A stretch of DNA of 63,747 bases, filler included, from Octopus bimaculoides (Eukaryota): the NCBI RefSeq assembly GCF_001194135.2. It is 8 parts of 8 records of this genome, joined end to end, with 100 filler letters (N's around TTAATTAATTAA, not from the genome) between each part and the next. Parts side by side here need not be neighbours in the genome. Positions count along the whole stretch, not along the records: positions 50,872 to 57,191 come from NC_069002.1; positions 57,292 to 61,383 come from NC_069009.1; positions 61,484 to 63,747 come from NW_026297719.1; 5 more parts are not named here. The stretch is one strand, 5' to 3'. A model generated the notes under the pieces. That model had not been told where the DNA came from. It saw nothing but the letters and a program-made list of their open reading frames with translations, and did not search any database. Below are positions 54,998 through 63,747 of this stretch, in pieces. Position 1 is the first letter of the stretch; each line of letters starts with the position of its first letter. The position numbers and the translations under genes were made by a program.

Positions 54998-56129
54998 AAT
55001 AAATATATACATATATATATATATATATATTGCGGATATATGTATATATTTACATATACATACATGTATACATATGGAAATATATGTATGTGTATATATA
55101 CATATATATATACATATATAAACATGAATATATATAAAACATAAATATGTAGACCACAGAAACGCACACAAACACACGCACACACATACACACACATTGA
55201 GATATATATATCTTGCTTTTCAATGATTTATCTTGAAATTTATGTCTTCTTAATCTCAAAGAGAATTTCCCAAATATTACATATTGGACAGAAACCATTT
55301 CAATGAAGTGCGTGCACAGTTAAGCTATTTGCTTGAGTTTAGGGTTTTTGTCGTTGTAATTTGAATTGACAACTAGTTTACTCTTACCTTCTTGAGAAAC
55401 ATGTCCTGTCAGATATTATTATTATAGAGTTTTATTCACGGAACAATCGCATTCAAACTGTGTCGTGTCATGAACGGTAATCTTATACTCTTATAGTTAG
55501 ATATTTAACGTGATTCAAAATCCGCTTAACAGGAAGCTCTCATGTATGTATACTTACATGAAAATATGTATATGCATGTGCATGTGTTGTGTGTGTGTGT
55601 ATAAGTGTGTGTGTGTAGAGGTGTATAAAAGGGATTGGTCCTTCCTGAGCCATAGGCTTGTCAGTTAATCCGGTTACACAGATTTTGTGGCGTATATAGT
55701 CTACATCTGGACGGGGCGCCGCGTCCACCGTGGGCATGCATATATCTTGCCAGGTGAGTCGGCTGGCGCAGCGTGAAATGAAGTGTTTTTACTCAAAAAC
55801 ACTACGCGAAACCATAATCTTAGAATCAAGAGTCAAATATCCTTATTTAAGCCTAGTACTTATTCCATCGGTCTCTTTTGCCGAACCTCTAAGTTACGTA
55901 AATCTCTAAGTGACGTAAACACACCAGCAGCGATGTTGGGAGGAGAACTACAGACACACAAACATCTACACACACATACATACATACACACACACATATA
56001 TATATATATGTGTGTGTGTGTGTNNNNNNNNNNNNNNNNNNNNNNNNNNNNNNNNNNNNNNNNNNNNNNNNNNNNNNNNNNNNNNNNNNNNNNNNNNNNN
56101 NNNNNNNNNNNNNNNNNNNNNNNNNNNNN

Positions 56130-56176
<47 letters not shown>

Positions 56177-56198
56177 AATATACGACGTGGGCATACTC

Positions 56199-56238
<40 letters not shown>

Positions 56239-57910
56239 ATTTATACTAGCTGAATAGCCCGTCGTTGCCAGGCAACTTTTTACAATAGAATGTCTTATAT
56301 GAATTAATATTTATTGCATGCCAGAGCATGCCTTCCCCTACAGATAGCCTCTTAATCAGGACAGATTTGCGCAATTTTGCACCCCAAAACTGCTAATGAG
56401 TCTGGGAGCTTGGTGCCTTAGCAATAACTCTTTCTACGGAACATTATGCTGGAGACACAAGCCAGTACCTGACTGCTACGTAATTCACCGATTTCCAAAA
56501 TGATAAAATGTAAAGTCGACTGCTGCGGAATTTGAGCTCAGAATCTAAAGGTGCTAAGCATTTCTTCCGGCATGCAAATGATTCTGGTATCTAGCTGGTC
56601 GTCTTAATAGCATTTATAATTACAATTGCTATTTAAAGGGTATGTTCTGGCAAACGAGATTACAGAACATTCTATAAAACTCCAACGTAAATTTCATTAT
56701 TTCCTGTTATGCGAATAATGAAACAATAGAAATTAAGCAGTTCATGCTATGCCTGTTGAAGCAATCTCTTATGAGAGAAGTACTAATTATCTTAAATACC
56801 ATAATATATTGGGAGAGTGCTTAATCATGTTATATATGGCTTAACTTCCGTGGTTTATTTATATATACAAACAAGGATATATAGTATATATATATATATA
56901 TATATGTATGCATGTATGTATATTGTACTATTCATATACCTATCTACACACACAGAGATGTGTATGTATATATAAAGAAGTATATACATAAATATATGTA
57001 AATATAGGTGCAGGAGTGGCTGTGTGGTAAGTAGCTTCGTACCAACCACATGGTTCCGGGTTCAGTCCCACAGCGTGGCACCTTGGTCAAGTGTCTTCTA
57101 TTATAGTTTCGGGCCGACCAAAGCCTTGTGAGTGGATTTGGTAGACAGAAACGAAACTGAAAGAAGCCCGCCGTATAAAATTATATATATANNNNNNNNN
57201 NNNNNNNNNNNNNNNNNNNNNNNNNNNNNNNNNNNTTAATTAATTAANNNNNNNNNNNNNNNNNNNNNNNNNNNNNNNNNNNNNNNNNNNNCATCGGGAC
57301 ATCTTTCGCATCGAAGATCAGCGATTGTCGTACGCTGAGGACGGGTAAATACCCAGAAGCTAGAGTCCATACATATCACAGATCAAGATGGGAAGGATGA
57401 CTTCCCTTTGGAAATACAGACAGGACACAGATGTGTGTCAATAGCCAGCTGGAGGAGATGTTCTCCTGGGGCTAAAAGCAACAGTAACATCCACCCTTAG
57501 GGGTCAGCCGCATTTAAGTGGCAAATATACTTCACCTTGTCGTGCAGTTACTGTTAATACCTTGTTCAGAGATTTAACATTGTTTAAAAATTAGTTTTCT
57601 AGAAATTTCTTCCAAAATCCCTATTTTGTTTTTCACACATTAACTTGTGTTGGTTGAACTATGAAAAACATTAGGGAAGGAAACCTAGCTGTTTCGAAAT
57701 CTTTTTCACAGGCCTTTAAAATACACTACATGTGATACTGGCACACATGGAACTGGCATGCATGCTCTACACATGGAACTGGTGCACATGCTTTACAAGT
57801 GGCACCAGTACATGAGCATGAGTGCGCCACACCTGACACCAGCATGCATGATTTATGAGACAATGGCACACGTGCCATTTACTTTTATAATTATATAAAA
57901 CGTCACTCAC

Positions 57911-58058
57911 TTGGATCCGTACGACTTCTCTTCAATCCCATGGAGCGTGTCCTGTAAAGAACTAATCAGGATTTTACATCGATCATCACCTGCAATCTTC
58001 GATTGCTTGATCAGTGATATTGCTGTGACAAGCGTCTCAATGGCACTAGCAAAGTCAC
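57911..58058 (-). CDS. CPSF6: CPSF6/CFIm68 internal exon ([48 protein letters not shown])
   Basis: Acceptor tgtgttttacag| and donor CAA|gtgagt. 148 nt, phase 1 to 2. Close to the CPSF6 segment [48 protein letters not shown]. Confidence 0.96.
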
Positions 58059-58204
58059 CTGTAAAACACAAATGATGACAGAACTACATTGAATCTGGGT
58101 AAATAAATGATGACAATTTCAAAGGCTTCAGGTAAAATAGCAATACTTATTACATGCAAATAACCACATTAGTTGTAAGTCCATGACCACATAGGTAATA
58201 AATC

Positions 58205-58632
58205 AACCCCAAAACAATGAATGGTAAAGTTAGTCTTGTATTATAGTTCCATCGACATATAGGATGTTATTAACCCCACAACAATGAAAGGTAAAGTTAG
58301 TGTTAGTCTTCTATTATAATTCCATTGACATCTTGGATGTTTTATAGGAATATTAAATCTACCCCTGTATATCACTGCTACTTTATTTTATCCACCCCAC
58401 AACAATGAAAGGTAAAGTTAGTGTCAGTCTTCTATTATAATTCCATTGACATCTTGGATGTTTTATAGGAATATTAAATCTACCCCAGTATATCACTGCT
58501 ACTTTATTTTATCTACCCCACAACAATGAAAGGTAAAATTATTAGTGTTAATCTTCTATTATAATTCCATTGACATCTTGGATGTTTTATAGGAATATTA
58601 AATCTACCCCAGTATTTCACTGCTACTTTATT
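58205..58632. repeat. ~121-bp minisatellite (3 full copies plus a partial) in a CPSF6 intron
   Basis: accccacaacaatgaaaggtaaa recurs at 58273, 58394 and 58515 (period 121), with a partial copy at ~58206. Confidence 0.9.
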
Positions 58633-58653
58633 TGGTGACATAGAAAGCGTTAC

Positions 58654-58766
58654 CTGCACTGGCGTCTTGTACTGCACGAGAAATCGCACTACTGGAGACA
58701 GTTTTGTTTCGCTGGAAAATCTCCTCGAATTCTTGTTCGCTGATGGCAGGGGATGCAGATTCATGT
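58654..58766 (-). CDS. CPSF6: CPSF6/CFIm68 internal exon ([38 protein letters not shown])
   Basis: Acceptor ttcccttcag| and donor CAG|gtaacg. 113 nt, phase 2 to 1. Matches the human CPSF6 segment [30 protein letters not shown] as I recall it. Confidence 0.95.
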
Positions 58767-59001
58767 CTGAAGGGAAATGGAGATGGAATATATTTAGAAA
58801 CAATAATAATAATAATAATTAAAAAAGGCATATAGGTGCAAGCGTGACTGGGTGATAAGAAGCTTACTTCCCAACCAAATGCTTCCTGGTTCAGTCCCAC
58901 TGTGTAGCACCTTGGGCAAGTGTCTTGTGCTATAGCTTCGGGCAGACCAAAGCCTTGTTTGTGGAGTTGGTAGACGGAAACTGAAAGAAGCCCATCACAC
59001 G

Positions 59002-59032
<31 letters not shown>

Positions 59033-59319
59033 AAGTAATAATAATAATAATGATAAAATAATGGTTTCAAATTTTGGCACAAGGCCAGCACTTTCAGGGG
59101 GATGGGAAAGTCAATTACATCGACCCCCAGTGCATAACTGGTAATTATTTAATCGACCCTGAAAGGACCAAAGGCAAAGTTGACCTTAGCATTTCACTTG
59201 ATGTGCTAACGATTCTGCCAGCTCCCTACCATAATAATAATAATAATAATAATGATAATAATAATACAGGCACAAGTCCTGAAATTAGAGAAGGAATAAA
59301 AATAGAAATTGAAAGTCAC

Positions 59320-59408
59320 CTTTCTGGGGGTCTGCCATAAGGATCATTGGGGTAAGCAGCAGGGGGAGGTGGCCTAACGTACATGTCTCCAGGTTGTGAA
59401 TGGGGTGG
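59320..59408 (-). CDS. CPSF6: CPSF6/CFIm68 internal exon, end of Pro-rich region ([30 protein letters not shown])
   Basis: Acceptor tttctctacttttatttcag| and donor AAG|gtgact. 89 nt, phase 0 to 2. DPYGRPP matches the CPSF6 motif before the C-terminal helical region, and it splices in frame to 58766. Confidence 0.88.
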
Positions 59409-60062
59409 CTGAAATAAAAGTAGAGAAAGAAGAGGGTATTAAAAGGGTTTTAAATGGGAAGTAAATGAAAACTGTGTGGAAGATGAAGAATGGGATGGGG
59501 GGTAGAAATGGGGGNNNNNNNNNNNNNNNNNNNNNNNNNNNNNNNNNNNNNNNNNNNNNNNNNNNNNNNNNNNNNNNNNNNNNNNNNNNNNNNNNNNNNN
59601 NNNNNNNNNNNNNNNNNNNNNNNNNNNNNNNNNNNNNNNNNNNNNNNNNNNNNNNNNNNNNNNNNNNNNNNNNNNNNNNNNNNNNNNNNNNNNNNNNNNN
59701 NNNNNNNNNNNNNNNNNNNNNNNNNNNNNNNNNNNNNNNNNNNNNNNNNNNNNNNNNNNNNNNNNNNNNNNNNNNNNNNNNNNNNNNNNNNNNNNNNNNN
59801 NNNNNNNNNNNNNNNNNNNNNNNNNNNNNNNNNNNNNNNNNNNNNNNNNNNNNNNNNNNNNNNNNNNNNNNNNNNNNNNNNNNNNNNNNNNNNNNNNNNN
59901 NNNNNNNNNNNNNNNNNNNNNNNNNNNNNNNNNNNNNNNNNNNNNNNNNNNNNNNNNNNNNNNNNNNNNNNNNNNNNNNNNNNNNNNNNNNNNNNNNNNN
60001 NNNNNNNNNNNNNNNNNNNNNNNNNNNNNNNNNNNNNNNNNNNNNNNNNNNNNNNNNNNNNN

Positions 60063-60200
60063 AGTGGAGAGAGAAGGGGGAGTGGAGAGAGAAGGGGGAG
60101 TGGAGAGAGAAGGGGGGAGTGGAGAGAGAAGGGGGAGTGGAGAGAGAGAGAGAGAAGTAGAGACAGGAAGGGAAGTGGAGAGAGAGAGAGAGAAGGGGGA
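60063..60200. repeat. ~18-bp purine minisatellite (agtggagagagaaggggg)n running into a gap
   Basis: Several consecutive near-identical units follow the 59515-60062 gap. Confidence 0.85.
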
Positions 60201-60489
60201 AGTGGAGAGGGGAGGGGAGAGAGAGAAAGGAAGGGGAGAAAATATAGAAAGGAGATGAGAAAGAGAGAGAGAGAGTGGGTAGATAGACATATATATTTAG
60301 AGAGACAAGAAGAAAAAACACTATGACCACCCAAGACCATGACACAAGCCACACTACCACAACTGGCACTCAGTCAGTTAGGACAACGAGGCTTTCCAGT
60401 TGATCTGATCAACAGAACAGCCCTACTCGTGAGATTCACATCCAAGTGGCCGAGCACTCCACAGACACACGTAATCTTAACCCTCAGAA

Positions 60490-60660
60490 CCCCAACGGCC
60501 ACCATTCCGGCTGCCAGCCACAGATACAAAGACCCCAGCAGCCACTTTACTGGTTGCCACGTTGACCTGTTTACAAATACCCCAGTGGCCACTTTACCGG
60601 CTGCCATGTTGTACTGTTTACAAATATCCCAGTGGCTGCTTTACCGGCCAGTATTTTCTG
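60490..60660. repeat. ~47-bp tandem repeat, 3-4 diverged units
   Basis: cccag(c/t)(a/g)gccactttac(t/c)gg(t/c)tgcca(c/t)gttg..ctgtttacaaata starts at 60533, 60580 and 60627. Confidence 0.8.
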
Positions 60661-61289
60661 CATTAGAAAACCCAGACAGTAACTGCTGGTTTGCTTGGCA
60701 CCACAAGCACCAGTACTGGCGATAAAACAGAAAACAGCAAGTGTCAAAGACAATGTTGCTCTCTATTTGGCATTTTATTTCAATATGAGAGACAGAAAAC
60801 ATATTAGTGACACCAAACAATATTAGGCAGGGAATCATTTTTTTTGGCTTTTTTACCCAGGGTTTGGGTGCCGAGGACTATGGGTATCTGCGGTTCAAAC
60901 GGTTAACTTAGTTCTGAGGGAGATTCAGCATGATACAGAATGTGACATGGCTGGCCCAGTGAATTACAGGTATGATTCCCTTTTGCCAGCTGAGTGGACT
61001 GGAGCAACAAGAAATAACTGGGACTCGGTCAGTTATGATGACAAGGGTTCCAGTCGAACCAATTAAAGGAACAGCCTGCTTGTGAAATTAACGTGCAAGG
61101 TTGCTGAGCACTCCACAGACATGTGTGACCTTAAAGCAGCTCTCCAGAGATTCAGCGTGTCACAGAATGGGACAACGCTGACCCCCTTTGAATTACAGGT
61201 ACAACTCATTTTTGCCAGCTGAGTGGACTGGGGCAAGGTGAAATAATGAATGGAACAAGTAAAAGAGACAAGATATTAAAAGATATTAC

Positions 61290-61355
61290 ATGGTTTGCAT
61301 GGAATTTGACGTCTGGGTCCAAGAAAGGTAGGGTTTCAAACTGCCCAACAGGAAT
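61290..61355 (-). CDS. Candidate 66-nt symmetric exon (IPVGQFETLPFLDPDVKFHANH)
   Basis: Very strong acceptor (poly-T...tatttccag|) but weaker donor CAT|gtaata. Phase 0 to 0, compatible with both 63495 and 59408. Confidence 0.45.
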
Positions 61356-62774
61356 CTGGAAATAAAAAAAAAAACAAAAAAAANNNNNNNNNNNNNNNNN
61401 NNNNNNNNNNNNNNNNNNNNNNNNNNNTTAATTAATTAANNNNNNNNNNNNNNNNNNNNNNNNNNNNNNNNNNNNNNNNNNNNATTTTATGAAAATTACT
61501 GACTGACCTTTTACTTCTGAATTTAAATCCAATATGCCATGTTTTTTGAATCCTTCATAGGAATCAGAAGCACTCATTTGACTGTAACTGAGATTTCTGT
61601 TTTGTTTTTTCTAAAGAAACAGAAAATTGATTATTTAGAATTTCTCAATTTCCACTGAGGCAAAAAATGTGTAAGATAACCCTTAACCCTAACCTATCTT
61701 CTAAAATTGTAAAAAAAAAAAAATAAAAGATTTATAAATAAAATGAAATATATAGTATAGAATAGAATTATCCGAGAAATTATCTCAAACTAAAATAGTT
61801 GAATGGACTGTAAAAAGTGTTTTCTTAATTCCTTTAATTCCATGTGTCCCACAGGGCGCCAACAAGAAATCTTCATGTCACAATTTTTGACAAGGGATTG
61901 TAGTTGTCCCCCTTTAAAAAAATATTCCTGACTAATTAATGATTTCCTGTAGACACATTTTGATTGCAATTACTAATTCCCTCAGTTTAGCAAAACATCT
62001 CCCTTATAAGTAAACCTTCATTTACAGACACTCTTTAACTATTTGACTTTAACCAAGCTGTGTCCAGTCTCTTCTACAGCTGTAATGGTCTCTGCTTATT
62101 CAACATGGTTAGTCCACATGACTCTGTAAGGAGCATAGAGCTGGTTTCTCGGTTTCTCTGGCATATATATATATTCCTCCTTGGATAGGATGCCAGTCCA
62201 TTGCATAATTACTCATTTTTACCAGCTGAATGGACTGAAGCAACGTGAAATGAAATGTTTCATTCAAGAAACACAATGCATTGCCCAGTCCAGGGATAAA
62301 AACCACAATCTTACAGCCATGAGTCTAACACCCTAACCCACTAAGCCACGAATCTCCACTCCTTTCAACATTCTCATTGTATACTTATTTTTCTAATCTA
62401 AAACCAGTCACTGCTTCCTATCTTGCCTCACTCCTACCAAATATCAAAAAGATTCTGCAAAGTACTGTACAACAAGGCTGAGCCCTTTGAATTAAAAAAT
62501 CTACATATGAGCTTCCATGCAGTTCTGTTTCCATGATTTTATCTTAGAAGGCTTGGGTTCGATTTTAGGTTATGGTAGAAGACATTCACCCAAGTTGCTA
62601 TGCAGCCTTTCCTGGGTTTGGAAAATTTTATCTTAATATGTTGTTTTTTTTGTTTTGTTTTTTTCTGTAGACTTATTCTCTGTTCACTCCCTCTGCGTAT
62701 TCTATGTACTGTTCATACCATTTTGGTTAGTTTTTGTGATGAGTTGTAGTGTATCTGAGCACTGTATACAATAA

Positions 62775-63000
62775 GTTCATGATTATAACTGCATTTCAAA
62801 TTTTATCCATGATTCCTGCCATGTCATGTTCTGGATATTCTTTTAATATCCTCAGAAAAAGGAAGAATTATCTATTCAACACAATGGGACAAGATCATCT
62901 AAAACATTTGGCTCTGGTTTCTCTGCAAATGCAGCTTTATGCCAAAATGTTGGCAACATTGTCAGCATATTTAGCTTCAGGATGACAAAGAAGAAGAGAT
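62775..63000 (+). mobile_element. Decayed hAT transposase C-terminal dimerisation domain
   Basis: IITAFQILSMIPAMSCSG-YSFNIL...KNYLFNTMGQDHLKHLALVSL resembles the hAT pattern ..LPVTSCSGERSFS.L..KNYLRSTMGQ.RL..LAL. Confidence 0.7.
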
Positions 63001-63494
63001 CTCTTATGAGCTTGTTTCACTTCTTCCCTGATGTGTAAGTACCAAAAATGTCATCAAATATTGTCATTTCACAATCGAAATTTTCATTTATGTACCAGCA
63101 TTGCAGTTTTAGCTTAATTACAATATTAATTAGTCTAATCAACTTTGTCTTTGAGTGTTTTGGAGCAAAAAGTATGGGTTTTGCCCTACTCTTCTGAAAA
63201 ACTTCTACACAGTGTGTGTATGAATACTACATTTACTTAGTGCTCTTTCCAAATATTTCTTTCCTTTGTATGTAGTTTTGCCCATTTAGAGAGTATGTTG
63301 AGCACACAGTGATCATCCAAAGACTGACATTTTCATTCTAGTTATTACCCTTTCAAAAGATTTCCTCACAATATCCTGAATTTAACTTAAGAATCTCTGA
63401 GAGAGAGAAAATATAGCTACCTCATTGTAAATAACGGCAAGGCATTTTGTCCAATGTTCAATTAATTCTGTTAAATTATAAACCAAATACTTAC

Positions 63495-63709
63495 TCCAGC
63501 ATTATTGGCCAGGGAACTTGGTTTTGTACGAGGTCCTCTTGGAACCTTTGTTGGTCTGTTAGCTCCTTCATCATCTGAAGTTTCCAATGTTCTCTTCTGA
63601 GAGAAGAAAGGGACATAGCTATCACCTCTGCCCTCATCATTGCTGTCACTGAGGGCACTGCTATCATGACCTGCACCAAGATTAAACTGATCTGCATCGC
63701 TTTCAGAAT
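63495..63709 (-). CDS. Probable coding exon, acidic and disordered (DSESDADQFNLGAGHDSSALSDSNDEGRGDSYVPFFSQKRTLETSDDEGANRPTKVPRGPRTKPSSLANNAG); gene assignment uncertain
   Basis: Acceptor ttccttttaccttccag| and consensus donor GGA|gtaagt. 215 nt, phase 1 to 0. Unique, GC-richer sequence with an open frame. Confidence 0.65.
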
Positions 63710-63747
63710 CTGGAAGGTAAAAGGAAGTCATTTATTCCGTGAATCAT

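Noticed and set aside
57292-57340. Possible next CPSF6 exon (cctcag| acceptor)
   Set aside because: The in-phase translation (VRQSLIFDAKDVPM) is not RS-like and does not resemble CFIm68.
58205-58632. CRISPR-like periodicity
   Set aside because: The whole unit repeats with no unique spacers, and the context is a eukaryotic intron.

Overview
AT-rich animal genomic DNA from a gappy draft scaffold, dense in microsatellites and SINEs. The SINE families and repeat content point to an octopus or other coleoid cephalopod (inference). The only gene I recognise is CPSF6 (CFIm68) on the minus strand. Three phase-compatible exons (59320-59408, 58654-58766, 57911-58058) encode ...[29 protein letters not shown]...[17 protein letters not shown]...SYGS. 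Its RS-rich last exon is not in sequenced bases and is probably hidden in the 57192-57291 gap. Two further minus-strand exons (63495-63709, acidic with an NLS-like motif; 61290-61355) are in phase with CPSF6 but do not resemble canonical CFIm68, which is the most interesting lead. Positions 1-57190 are mostly tRNA-derived SINEs, relics of mariner, Tc1, Penelope, R4/Dong, CR1 and Tx1 elements, and simple repeats. They also hold a speculative chain of small minus-strand exons, a minimal hammerhead-like motif and a pre-miRNA-sized hairpin. Almost all long ORFs in the supplied track are artefacts of N-runs or microsatellites. No CRISPR array, rRNA or genuine tRNA gene was seen. Splice models and repeat boundaries were read by eye; repeat coordinates are approximate.
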